Source: Iphione sp. A-MEVVRFRX5
Lineage: Eukaryota
Length of the DNA stretch: 64,000 bases
Direction: 5' to 3'
Assembly: GCA_976226885.1 (NCBI GenBank)
Contig: OZ320315.1
Coordinates: 69,626,001 to 69,690,000, forward strand
Under the pieces are notes generated by a model. The model was not told where the DNA came from. It worked only from the letters and a program-made list of their open reading frames with translations, and did not search any database. Numbering within the stretch: the stretch's first letter is position 1; each line of letters starts with the position of its first letter. Shown here one piece after another: positions 51,581 to 64,000 of this stretch. The position numbers were made by a program, and so were the translations under genes.

Positions 51581-54500
51581 AGATATCAATAGGCACCCGA
51601 GCTACTAGAATTCCTTACATTGATAGTAGAATAAAATTTGGGACAGATTTACAAGACTGATTCCCAGCTAGATGTTATTTAAATTTTCCGTCTGACACGG
51701 AATAGTCATTGTTGGTATCGAGTACAAAGGTTTGCATCTGAAGCTTTTCGTTGCCAATGTAGTTGAGAAAGTCACCGACAATAGCATTTGTTTATACATA
51801 AAAGCAGACTAACCCTACCGTAGGTCTGGAAGGTTCCGTACTCACTGACGCACCGTCTCGTGAGAAAATACCAATTTAGGAAACGTGATTTACCTGTCTC
51901 GCACGACTTGAAACAAGCACGCCATAAAAGCTTGGAAAAATACAAGCGTTGAGTTCGCTCGGCTTTATATTCTTAAGCGAAAAATGGACATCAGGATTGT
52001 GATTAAAAGTATTTAATTTTGAAGTTATGTGTATATGTATTTTAATCGTAGAAAATATAGTATAGATCCCCACGCAGGTAATTCTAAAGCGTCCTTTCTT
52101 CAAAATGGTATTGCCCGTCTCGCTCGATAAAGATGATCGTGTTTATATAAAAGACCACTAAATCAGGTATTTATAGATTTTGCATTCATAGATTCAGGTT
52201 CATGTTCTACAAGATCATTCTGGTGCATTACACTCTAGCTAATAATTCAACAGAACCAGACAAGCAACGCCGAGCAGCAGTTATCAGTTCTGGTGGCCGT
52301 TTACCTTGAGGGCCGTGTAGATCCTGGGCGATTCCAAGAGGGAGATTCCAAGAAACATGTGGTGGAAATCTGTTAAGGCTATGGGGGGCATGTACTTTCT
52401 GCGCAGCCACCTTCTCCCACTTCAGCCAGCACAGGTTTCTGACCACGTCTGAACCACTCGACCGTTTGGTCGTGTTGATATGTTCATACATGTATGCCAA
52501 ATGTGCGTTTCTCTTTTGGCAAACTGGAAAGTATGGTGTATTATAAAACCGTCGGTTTCTTGATTTTTGACTCTGAAATTACATTGAATCATTTCAAATG
52601 TATAAATGAATGTACCTTTCTTCTCACACTCTTTTATGTGTGACTGTTGGAAATGGTTTTCCTATGACTATCGTGACTACCTTTCATCTTTTCCTCAAAT
52701 TATTTCCGGGGCTAGTCTATAAACCCCATACCCACTAATTCGCTTCACCTTAAGGGATAGTGTTTGTTTACGACAGGGCTATTGGAACTGCAAAGCCAAA
52801 AGCACAGTCGGCTTTTATAGCTACTACTAGCAGAATTAGTGCGCATCTTTAGAGGTAGTGGATTGGGAAGCCAGTTCAGACATCCTTACGGATGTATCTT
52901 CGTTATCGCCAGCCTAAACGGCAAGGGGCGCCAGTTTCGAAGCCGGAGAACATCCTCAGGGCCATTCTTCCCGAGACAGAAAGGTCAACGATATCCTCAA
53001 ATGAAAACAGAAGAGCCGTCTGTCGGCACGGAAGCGAATCATGTAGTGGCCCCGCTGCGCCGTAACGTCATAGCGATCTATTTAAGTGTCCATAAATGAA
53101 GGTAGACTTGCTTCAAGGCAGCATTTGAACGTGCTAAGGTAGCAGAATTCTAAGACGAATATAGAGAAGTATCGGTCGATGTACACATTTACAACCCGCC
53201 CACTATGGGGCTAAAGCTTCCCAAGTGCGTCCTTATTTTTTCTGTCATTTGTATTTATTCGATCAAATGTGTATCACGGAAAAGACATAGTATGTAATAC
53301 TTCTACCAGACATCGCACATATAATCTGTATTTAAAAAACGCCAGCACGCGAGTACCATTGGGGTGTACATGTATATATATGAAGTGTCATAGTCCAAAG
53401 ATGATACACCAATTTTTGCTGCAGCGATCATGCAGTAGATAGCACTACATGTCTGCATTTCTACAGGAAACAGTTTGAATAAAAAGGTTATATAACTAGC
53501 TACGGATATGATGCTTACTTTGGCTTCACTTCGCCATAGGTCGACTGAGATCTTTTTCGCTTCTGATTCTCAAAGGACAGGTTATACGCCAGAGGTGCCT
53601 CAATAAATGATATGCGTGTCACAAGAATGCTCAAGAACGTTTTATTCCCATCCGGGTTGTCATGTCTACCTCTAAACATTTAGCAATTTTACAAACAGAT
53701 CTTGTCTACCATGTGAATATTTACGTGGACTGGCTTTGGCATACGATGCGTTAGTTTGAACCACCATGGTTGTTAACCGTTGCCCTTTAATAAGACTAGA
53801 TGAGTGCATAGGTATACAGAATGCAACAGGCCAAAAGATAATGAAACTAAACGTTCTCGAACCACACACAACGTGAATAAGTGCAGGTATGAGGTTCTGG
53901 GGTCGTGACAAAGGGCATCAGGATAAGAAACGTGACTACAAAATCCTTCAAGGTATACATACGGTTGTTTGCTATATACGTTATGGAATAGGTGGAGTCA
54001 GTTGAATTTCTGTCTAGAATGTTATTTCTGGCTTTGGCGATCGAACGACTATAGAAACTACGCCGAAGTGGCAACAGGCGGAACAAAGGGGGGGGGTTTA
54101 TGATTGATATGTGCGAAGCTAGCTAATAACGGAACATTTCCTGAAACTACGAACTATTCTAAAATAAGTAAATACCATCACTGGTCCATATCCATCCAGT
54201 GACGCATTCGGTAAGCATGCAAAAGTAATAAAGAGTATGGATTCATCAAAAGGGGCCTTTTTTCAGTACTACACGTATTTTAATATAGACTGCAATTGTG
54301 TATGTCATAAAGCTTCAGTTGGACCGCGGTAAGGCAGCCATTATGCATTTTAGACACGGAGATAGACACTACAATAAATGCTACTTCAAGTGCAAGCTCT
54401 CATGAAAGGCCAAGATTCTATAAAAGCAATAATCTTTTCACTACAACTATTTTTCATTACATTACAAACTCGATAAAAATCAAGCTGAGGGAGAGGGCGA

Positions 54501-57500
54501 AAAAGACAAGTCCCAGTCTTGGTCTCACTTTAGGGTTCACGTTATAACTTGCCACACTGTGAATGTTAATGCATTTGTTAACAAAGTAAAGTATTTTGCC
54601 ATTATGTTTTACGATTTATTTGCTTCAGTTATGTTACCTTCGACAAGCAGGCCAGTCAGAGTGAAAGCTGTTCATCCTTCCTAACATTAACAATACTAGA
54701 CAAACAATTCGTCCAAACCATTCCACTGACACAATAGATAAATATATTTTCTCGAAGTTTCCGATGGAGATTCCTGCCCGTCGACTTGTTCAGGCTGAAC
54801 ACCAAAAGCTTACCTTTGTATGGATGCCTACTGCTGATATTGGGGCATCAATGGGTCTCCCTGGTGCAATGGAGTTTTCTAGGGTCACAGGGGGAGAGAG
54901 GCCCGATCCCTGGTGCCGCGAGGAGCCTGGCTGATGGTACGGTCCGCCTGAGATGGGATCAGAGCACCAGACAAATCCCCGCCTTCTAGATGTCTGTGAT
55001 AGTTAAGTGATACCGTTGAGGGGAGGGGCCACCAGTTGGGCCTGCGAGTGGAAAGAAGCACCCGCGTGATCTCCAGGGTCAAATGCGCATGATCATGTTC
55101 CTCAGTGTGCACTCGGTGCGTTCTGCAGTACATTCCCTCTCTCCATGAAACTCTCCTCTCATTCTGTACTGTAATGAGCACCTGTTGTCCTGACTTAAGT
55201 TTCAGGAGGATGACGTCCTGGTTTGATTTTTTTATAACTCATTATCTTTTCATCAGGTTTCCATATTTTGTACCGATAATATCGTGAACATGCAGGACGA
55301 GGGGAACTTTCTCATGTGTTCATTTTTAGTGGTGACTTTTTGGCTTTTGAAATGGTCGTCATTGACATGTGCTTACTTTCTTAAGACAATACGCATCTTG
55401 ATGACTACAAAAAGAACCCCCCCCCTTACCTATGACAACAGTGGGAACATTAAAGCTTCCATAAGCTCCTTTGCTTAAGACAAAAGAAAGTCTTTTTTTG
55501 CACTTCTTTGCTGATACCTTTTGGTAGCCAACATAATAATAATCGTCAGAGTATTTCTCAAACGTTCGTAAATTACTGAGCATTAAGGTATAAATCATCT
55601 CAAACATACATCTGTCTTTACCTATTTACAAATGTGAGAAAAAAGGTGAATGTGTTGTCATTAAAATTTCGAATATACATGTAATAGTTTCCCACAGCCA
55701 CTTTTACTCCTTTAACCTGATTTCAGCCGTCAATCCGTATCCAAAACTTTAGAAAGGCTTTGGGGGGAATTCCCTCTATCCGAGTCTTCCTGAGGACTTC
55801 GGTGCAGCAAAGCAAAGTCAGTTCGAGGAAGGGGAATCCCCCTCCAATTTTGCCCTCTTACTAGGAAAGGCTAATTCGGGTTTGAACAGTTCCAACCGGT
55901 AGCTTCTCCCGTACATATACATGTACCTGATATTTTCTCCCATACGTTGGTACATACGTTGGTACATCGTAAAAATACCATTTAAACCTAAATTTCATGA
56001 ACGTGTTTCATATTTTGTTGACTGATTACCAATGTACATGTGTTCGTGTAGGTCATCGATGCATGAATCATTTTCGATATCATGACCTATATTTCATGTC
56101 TTCCATGTTTCCTAGGATACCGTTTAATTTCCTCATCAATAATCCAAGAAGATCCTCTTCCCTGCAAGTGCGATTAATAGGCCACGTCCAACTCGGATAG
56201 AACTCGCTTGAGAGTGACCCCGAAACAGAATACAGCATACAAGCCGGGGTGCTCCTCATGAACAAGGTCAGGCCTTCCTGGAATTTCATCCGAGCTCAAC
56301 TGACCAGACCAAAGGTCGGGTCAAACCCGATGACCCGGCGACACTGCGGCCCGATGCCGCGCCCGACGCCGCGCGATCCGAGTTGACAGGTCCGGGTCGC
56401 TCCCGGGAAGAAATCAAGAGGTGTCAGAGACGCCCCACCGAGATGGGAGAGGTAGCCGCCGCTGTAGCCGACTGGAGGAAAACACGGCGAGCAAAGTCAA
56501 ATAAAACATGTCCAACGTGTTTTTAGGAGGACTAGCAAGGCGGCATCCGGAGAATGGGTTCTTAATATGTGCCTGGGAAATTTTCAACTGAAAGAGATGC
56601 ACACTTCGATAATGAAGTGGCATAACGGTTGGGGGGATACCATCTGGTGAGAAAATAATATATTTCTGAGAAATCTTTAATACCTACCTGGGCAGAACTT
56701 TGGCAACGCTCACATTGAAAGAAATACCGTATAAACAGCCTCTGTGAGTATGTGAAGCAACAAGGAACACCGTAAGGTTTAAGGTTTCTTAAATCATATT
56801 ATGGTGATTTTATCAAAGAAATGTGTATCTAGTCACCTCAGAGCAACTAGAGAAAAGCAGCCGTGAGGACAGCATTGCTAAAGCTTGATTCAATTGAAGT
56901 TAATACGGTTTTATTCAGCTCAATGTCATCCCCGGGGCAGTAGAGCTATGGTCTTCTAGGTGGCATTTTGATTGGGTGCTCTGAAAATGTGAGGTCACCG
57001 TCAATTTCAACGCCAAGATAGATAGATTTAACCACATGCTCCAGCTGTGTTATAAAACACACGTGGTACAAGTAAAAGTGACTATTGGATTCCGCCAGTA
57101 CAACATAGTGCTCTCATATATCCTATTTCTTTCCCTTTCTATTAAAAGCCAACAGATACCATCTATCTGTGTGTTGTTGTCACTACGGTGGGCTTCCCAT
57201 GCACACAAATTAACGATGTCTGATACATAGCTGGGATGTATTTTTCGGACCATCCTTTGTATTCCCTTTTCCATGTACACATCAACTACAGTTGACAAAG
57301 CAATATCCCCGGGGACTAGGTTGATAACTGCAGGTGGTTGCAATCAACATATCATATACACGTACTTGGAATATGCATCCGTATCTAGTAAAATCCACCG
57401 ACAAGAGATCCTCATCATGGATATGCATCTGAATATGTTATGTCCGGACACATGGGTAAGCAGGATAAAATTCCTGTATCCCAGTTTTGCCCATATATTG

Positions 57501-58050
57501 CACGTATATATATATTCGAAAGTATGAATACATTCATGACGAGCCCCCCTAAGCCGGAATGTCCATGTCTACAACGTTTGCTTGTCAGACATCCAAAACT
57601 GGACGTTTTCGGAACCGGATGGAAAATGTTCGCGTTTAGGAAATCTGAACTTATTACACATGGTGATTCAGATATCTCTTAGAATAAATGCCATCAAAAA
57701 GTACTGTTATTTGTTCAATGTCCCAATTATATTCCACATGTCTCGCATATTTGTTCAGTTTTTCGTATAGAGGACTTTATTTAATAAAAGAATCATTCAA
57801 AATTCAAAGACAAGGCTGCGGAATTAAAAATTGTTGAAGAAAACTTCCCGGTCATATCGATAAACATTTCGCGATCTGTCGCTTTGAACCTTTGATAGCA
57901 CATCTATATTTAGGATGTTGTAAAAACTGAACATGTCCATTGTAGTTCTTATGTTGAAATTTGGCATAAGGCCGAATTTCCATGTGCTAATGTAGTGTGT
58001 ACCCACGTGAAGTGCTGTGAATTGTCTTGCCATGCATGTCACCATGATCG

Positions 58051-58283
58051 TGTGTCCCCATGTTGCATGTTCATCATTTACCCCTCAGTACTAAACCATA
58101 GTTGCCATTCTGAACGAAAAATTCATGCAGCATGGACCACAGTGGAATGGGACATGCTCCATTCCCAAAACATGCTGCACAAAGACATGCCACATGCTCC
58201 ATGTGTGCATTGAAACTCCTACTCTAATGCATAGTCTCCAAAATATACCATGAGCATGCATGAACATGCAGCATGGAGACATA
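58051..58283. mobile_element. CATG-rich foldback / MITE-like element
   Basis: GTCCCCATGTTGCATGTTC (58054-58072) pairs with GAACATGCAGCATGGAGAC (58262-58280) at 17/19. The CATGCAGCATGG and CATGCTCC motifs recur inside. Confidence 0.55.
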
Positions 58284-58301
58284 GGCATGGGGAAATTAAG
58301 T

Positions 58302-58547
58302 CTAAGGCACTATTCCCATGCACATGAACCATCGAGACCTGCGCCTTTTGGCATGGACACTGGGAAGACCTGTAAAGTATGAGGCCTGTAGTAGGGAGTT
58401 TGTGGTAGATTTCAGTATAGGATTTAAGGTAGGATTAAGAGCAGCCTCTGGTAGATAATAGGTAAGGAAACTTTTAATAAGCAATGACATGTGGCTAGCT
58501 GGAGGTCTGCTGTGAATCAATGTGGGATCAATATGTATGAGTCTCAT
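58302..58547 (-). mobile_element. Possible L2 LINE APE-RT linker fragment
   Basis: HIDPTLIHS...STTNSLL...HAKRRRSRWF resembles ID...F..D...YNSTL..LLD.HAP.K.R...PWF. Confidence 0.3.
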
Positions 58548-59356
58548 TAACCAAGGATATCATTGGGTGGGGATCTCATTAAATAAAATCAAACAGGAAC
58601 CTGACGTCAATGGACAGGGGGCATGAAGAGATCACCACTGGTTAGACTGATATATCGTAACAGGAAATGATGAGACAAGGGCTGAGAAGGGTTTTACTTG
58701 GAGGTGAAGCATTGGTCATGAGCATTTATTGGTATGGTATGACATGGCAGTAGAACAACAGACCATTCTGATTGAATAAGGATATGCTGGCGCTAGTTAC
58801 CAACTTGTATAATCCAGAACTGATTGACGTCAGCAAGGTTTGGTTAAGATCACGTTGTTGGAAAGTGCTTGTATGTAGATGTATATGCAAATATTATGAC
58901 TTGATGGAATAAAAGAAAGAGCAGACTGACACTGACAGCATCCACTGAGACAGAGACTGGCTGAGCAGACCTCATGATACAAAAAGACATGGAAAGACCA
59001 GGACTGAGGCTCACATTGCTATGGCATAGGAGTTGTGTGAAGTTATTGGTGGGACTTCCCACTAGTATGTGATTGAGGAGAAGACAGGTAGGTCCTTCCC
59101 CTTCATCTGTAGGTGTGGATTAGCAACCCACAGGCAGCCTCTGGTGATGGAGAGGAGTCCTGCCCCTGTGAGGAAACCTGGAGGAGGAACTGGGTGTCCT
59201 TACAGACCACTCCAGTGCAATTAAATACAATTATCCCCATGTGCGTGGGAGCTCCTGACCCGCCACTGGGTGCATGTGGACTGATCAGTGTAGGTCTGGT
59301 ATGCCACCTCGTGCATGCTGTGCAAAGGCATTAAAACATATGTATAGTTCTTTAAA

Positions 59357-59551
59357 ATTTGCTTATCATTTGCATAAAAAGCCACAAAATTTCCACTTAT
59401 ATACCTCACTTTCAACAAAAAGCCACAGAATTTCCCTGGATATGCGTCACTTTTCACAAAAAGCCACAGAAAAGCTGTAAAATTCCCACCAATATGCCTC
59501 ACTTTCAACAAAAACGTTGTATTCTATATTTTATGCAAATGGTATGCAAAT
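59357..59551. repeat. Inverted-repeat-flanked tandem array (MITE-like)
   Basis: ATTTGCTTATCATTTGCATAAAA (59357-59379) versus the reverse complement of 59529-59551 (21/23). Encloses about 3-4 degenerate ~40-bp units AAAAAGCCACA...CCTCACTTTCAAC. Confidence 0.7.
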
Positions 59552-60829
59552 CAGCACCAAATTTTCAAGAACTAAATATGTTTTAAGCATTTTACATATG
59601 TTGTACATATGTTAAATGCCTATTAAGACAGTGTGTATAGCTCAGGTATATGGGGGTAAGCCCCACCACTGGTGGCGGGGAGATGCGGACAGCCCAGACT
59701 CCACCCCAGGAGGCAGATGTATAACCCATACACATGGGGATAACACCTAAACTTATGACAACCATGCGCATTTATAGTGTTGGCGGATTGATGAGTGGTT
59801 TTGCCTATGGAAAGTTCACTGTTCTAGTCTTATCGATGAGGAGCGATATATTAACATTTATTATTTTTTGACGAATATAGCAAAACAGATGTAAGAGATA
59901 CACTCTATAAGAAAAAAGATATGATTCAAAAATTAGATTTCTTATGGACGCGAAGGTCGTTGCTACAGTTATAACCTCTCGTTATATAGTGTTCGTAATT
60001 TAGATGTATGACGTTTTTCTGACGTTACATTCGAGCTGTTCTTATCGCTTCAGAGACGTTTAAAATATTTACTGTAATAATAGTCTGTACCTATGACACC
60101 GAGGAACTTTATGGCTCTAAACTGCACATATGCATCTGCTCACTGAAACTAGCTGGTGGTGGTGGTGTCATATGAAATCAGTTTCGTTTACTACATTGCC
60201 TGCCACTAATGACCTATTGCCGAGGGCCCTATGCAGTCACAAATGTAATCTTATTGGCAAATACATGGTCATCGCACGATTGATAAATGTGTTAATATGG
60301 CCATAACGAGAGAGGTACTGTGGATTTTTTTAGTATCCATATTATTAATTCCCATGCCTGCTTTATAAAAAGAAACGTCTATGATGGAGGACTTTACAAT
60401 ACACCTGTTGACCACTTTACGCGCCTGTAATATGAAGTATAATAAAAGATTTAAGACACTTATGGGCCAGGATTTGATGTTCTGCTTCTGAAGGTACATC
60501 GATTTTAATAGGACAATGTATCAAGTAACAACCCTTGGCCCTTTGCTTCAGTGTTGGAAAAGTACGCATATCAAAAAGTATTTGTGCTTAGGACCGCACC
60601 ACCCCTTTTCAGATGTGCTGTCCGAATAACTTTGACCTTAGCACTGGGCTGCGCCTAATGAAGCCAATGAAAACAGCAGAGCCACCTTTCCAAGGTCAGC
60701 ACAAAAAATACAACTAGAAGAGTCAAGCAAGGAATTGCAGTTTACGTATACTAGATTAATACTGTTCCGCAACACAGAAAAGATATAATCTAAACATGTA
60801 TGAAGATACTTACCATCTCTCTACAATAA

Positions 60830-61300
60830 TTTAGTATTCCCTGCCCTCCTTTATATTTCCCCATCCTGTATCTGCATCTTTCCTCTTTGTTATCCTTTTT
60901 CCTTAACTTCTCATTTTTCTCTTTCTTTTGTTGACGTTTCTCTATCTATTCTCTCTATTCACCTTTAATCTTTTTCTTTGTCTGTGTCCCTTTCTCTCTT
61001 TGTATTGATGTTCCCATTTCTCTCCCTTCTCTTTTTTTTCTCTATTATTTTCGATCTCTTTTGCCCACATTTTCCTTCTACATATCTGTCGGTATTCCTA
61101 TCAGACTGTTCTTAGCTATATTCCTTTTTCCAATCCTCTCTGACTTCCTCTTTTGTTTTCCTCTTTTTTGTCTTTATACTGTGACAGTGTTTATAACTGA
61201 CATTTACCTAGAATTAGTTTACAGTACATTTCTTATACATTTCTCTCTATATATTTTTTTTTCGGACGAGTTTGCCTCGTAATATCCATTTCTCTCTCTA
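60830..61300. repeat. Pyrimidine-rich low-complexity tract
   Basis: Long C/T-biased run on the + strand. Confidence 0.7.
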
Positions 61301-61944
61301 TATATATGTACAATTCTAAACATGTAATGGTCATATTTACTCAGTGAGTTCAGCTACGAAATGTAAAACTAGAGTATTTCCTAGTCATCAGTGTGAGCAA
61401 CCCTCACATGATGAGCAACCCAAAAGCCCAAAGCTATAAATCAAGCCTTTGTGCGAGGGCCTTGTAAGTACATGAGACTAAGCCGTTATCATGCCACATC
61501 ACAGAGGCTCAGATGGAATGCCGCATCACAGGTTGATGTGGACATCCTGGACAGGAAAGGTTTTATACAGAGGCAAATACTCAGATGAGACACAAATCCT
61601 ATTCCTTAGTTGCACTCGGGAACAGCACTTTTAAACTGTTTTCACAATATCCAGAGTACAGTGTATATGAAGACCATTTACAGATACACCCAGAAAAAAC
61701 AGTATGGGACATGATGCTTGGGGATTCACCCAGAGTTGTGTAGATGCTCCTTGTGTTGATATATTGGATCTGCTCCAAGAATGATATGCATGAGCTTACT
61801 TGTGTATACATTTGGATACTCCTCGAATAGATGGTTGTTTTACGTTCAGCCTTTTTACATTGATCATTCACTCCTCTACTCCACTCCTTACACATAAACA
61901 ATATCATATTAACCTCTCTATTGTGCTGTACGTGAATCTCTCGG

Positions 61945-62123
61945 TTTTTTGTTCTGTATCATATTCAATAATCTGTTCTTCAAATGTTGTCTCTAAATTA
62001 TTTTATGAAGGCAAAGTATTTCCTAGCCTTTATTGTTCCTTTTTTGTTCTGTATCATATTCAATAATCTGTTCTTCAAATGTTGTCTCTAAATTATTTTA
62101 TGAAGGCAAAGTTTTTCCTAGCC
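61945..62123. repeat. Tandem duplication, period 95 bp
   Basis: About 83 bp TTTTTGTTCTGTATCATATTC...CCTAGCC repeated with one mismatch (GTATTTCC versus GTTTTTCC). Confidence 0.95.
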
Positions 62124-62239
62124 CTCGTTTTCCATTCCATTTCATTTCATTTCTTTGTATCTTTAACCAGGAACTTGATATTCTCTATCACATAACAGAG
62201 CTCTTCCATATCCTCCTAGGGTAGCATACTACCATCTAT

Positions 62240-62485
62240 TGTTGAGAATTGAGAGACCAGAATACCTGGGGTTGTCCCCTACTGTTATTTCGAATAGGTT
62301 TCTGGGGTCTTTTTGTGCATAGGGGACAGAATCCTATACACCCACAGCCATTTTACGAGTTGTGGACCACTCTGGGTTAGGGCTACAGTAAATCTGTCTG
62401 GTCATAATCAAGAGTCCCAAGCCCAGGATTGAACCTGCGACCTCTCAATCAGTGGACCAGGGCTCTACCACTGAGCTAACTCCCC
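62240..62485 (-). mobile_element. tRNA-headed SINE with Deu-domain-like core
   Basis: Head GGGGAGTTAGCTCAGTGGTAGAGC with A-box (62478-62468) and B-box GGTTCAATCC (62435-62426). Body AAAGACCCCAG..CTATTCGAA..AGTAGGGG..ACCCCAGGTATTCTGG resembles the Deu core as I recall it. Confidence 0.75.
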
Positions 62486-62581
62486 ACCCGAATGCTTAAT
62501 TCGGTTAAGTCCACTACAGGACATACTCGCAGACACCTGGTGGCTTACCTGAATTTCACCTTATTCTTGATGTTTTTCTAA

Positions 62582-62928
62582 TACCAAAGTAGCACGTGTG
62601 GCATAACTTATCTGACCCCATCCCTTGTATACAAAGAAGATCACAACTAGCGGAAACCCCATAAATGCTCCAGGATGACCTGTTGATGTGTTCCCCCATG
62701 GTGGACCAATTTGAATACTGCGTCTGTGGAAACTGTTCCAACTTATTGATCTTGGGTTGTCTGAGTTACATGTACACAAGTTTGTGCTCAATCCGTTTTT
62801 CATCATCATCTATTAACCGTAAAATCTGGTGCTTTTCTACTGGTCATAACTTAAAACACGAGGATGCTTCATTCATATCCTATGTGCTGCCGACCCACGT
62901 GAGTTATCCAAACCACACTACGGAGTGA
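62582..62928 (+). pseudogene. Decayed C2H2 zinc-finger array fragment
   Basis: YQSSTCGITY...H N*RKPHKC resembles Y.C..CG..F...HTGEKPHKC. LCSIRFSSSS, FSTGHNLKH and HTTE follow downstream. Confidence 0.35.
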
Positions 62929-63385
62929 CTATTGGATTCACTTTAGCATTTACAATACCTTCTCGCTTCCATCAGGCCATATGGGATGTCACTACCTTGA
63001 TTCGTGATATGATTGCATATAAAAACAATTTCAAAAATGTTTCATTATAAGGCATGACGTTTATAGAGAAAACATCTTAAATGCACTGTTGGTGACTTGT
63101 GGTCACCCTGGCTACAAAGACCGACTCTTCCGCTGTTCAGTGCACAAAACGAAGTGTACCACATCTCGTGAAAATGTGGTCAAATTGCACATCTGTATTG
63201 CCATCAACAATATTGTTGGCATGTCAGTTCCAAGGATCAAACAGTGAGAACTCATCTATTCTTTACTGTGAAACAAATCTCCATCATTTACGTCAATACT
63301 AAACAGGCCGTATGCCATAACTAAACTTAAAATGAGTATTGGAAAAAATCTAGTTACTTGACACTTGACAGGGAGCGCTCCGTAG

Positions 63386-63490
63386 TTAATTAGCATTCTA
63401 ACTAGTAATCTAAATTGGAATAAGCAATTCGATAAACTGGTAAATAGCATTTAGGTTCAAGTGCAGTATAGCAAAGCCTCAAGAGCGGGC
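63386..63490 (+). mobile_element. LINE RT thumb fragment
   Basis: ILTSNLNWNKQFDKLVN...KASRA resembles LGV.I.SNL.WN.HI..I..KASR. Confidence 0.4.
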
Positions 63491-64000
63491 TGCCATTTCA
63501 AACAAGGTCCACCTTCTAAGACAAACAGAAAGCTTCAAACATGGACGTCTAGCTTAATTTGGTTCCTTTAGAGAATTCCAGGGATTCGAGGCATGTCTGG
63601 ATTTAAGTCATCGTGGCATGAGACGTCGTTTGATAAATATACTCTGAAATGAATTTCACTCGTCAAGAGTGACACCGTGTTATCGATATCTTATCGATTC
63701 TGGACATAATAAACTCTAATCATGTCAACTTACAACTTATGCTATTGACAACTCCTGGCATAAATGGTTCCCCACCTAAAGGCGGGAGGGGAGAACCGTA
63801 GGAATGTTGATGTACATCCCTCTGACCTTCATGCTAGAAGTGTATGTCACATATTTATGCGGGAAGGGTGAGTTGAATATGTCATGAGTTAATGACGCTA
63901 TGTAAGAGTTTTAAGAGTGATCACTAATTGATCAGAAATAGTTCCATCTACGTATCAGATGTAAAGATTTTATTGGAACAGGTTGTATTTTACAAATATG

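Noticed and set aside
54786-55000. Kringle-like (SPWC/DPWC) or WD40-like (ADGTVRLRWD) fragments
   Set aside because: Mutually incompatible matches in different frames, each too short to support.
62410-62485. tRNA gene
   Set aside because: A and B boxes are present, but there is no paired acceptor stem or terminator, and the sequence runs into a SINE body.

Overview
AT-rich (roughly 40-45% GC by eye, not computed) eukaryotic DNA with no intact protein-coding gene that I can support. A Deu-domain-like tRNA SINE, an Ngaro-type retroelement, abundant TACATGTA octamers and MITE styles point to a marine invertebrate, most plausibly amphioxus (inference). The dominant feature is a decayed but structurally complete tyrosine-recombinase retrotransposon (DIRS order, Ngaro-like) at 4468-10178. 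It has A1-gag-RT/RNaseH-YR-B1-A2-B2 split direct repeats and appears to have integrated through a shared AT dinucleotide into an (AT)-rich site. Its recombinase gene is interrupted by two unrelated TIR elements (3-bp TAA and 6-bp TATCAT target duplications), one of which carries a third element. Removing both restores the YR frame across both junctions. The rest of the window holds LINE fragments, a SINE, microsatellites, small foldback elements and many short decayed coding relics (kinase-, TIR-, death-domain-, LRR- and C2H2-like). Those domain calls are by-eye motif matches and need HMM confirmation. I found no CRISPR array, rRNA or functional tRNA, and no clearly new multi-gene system.
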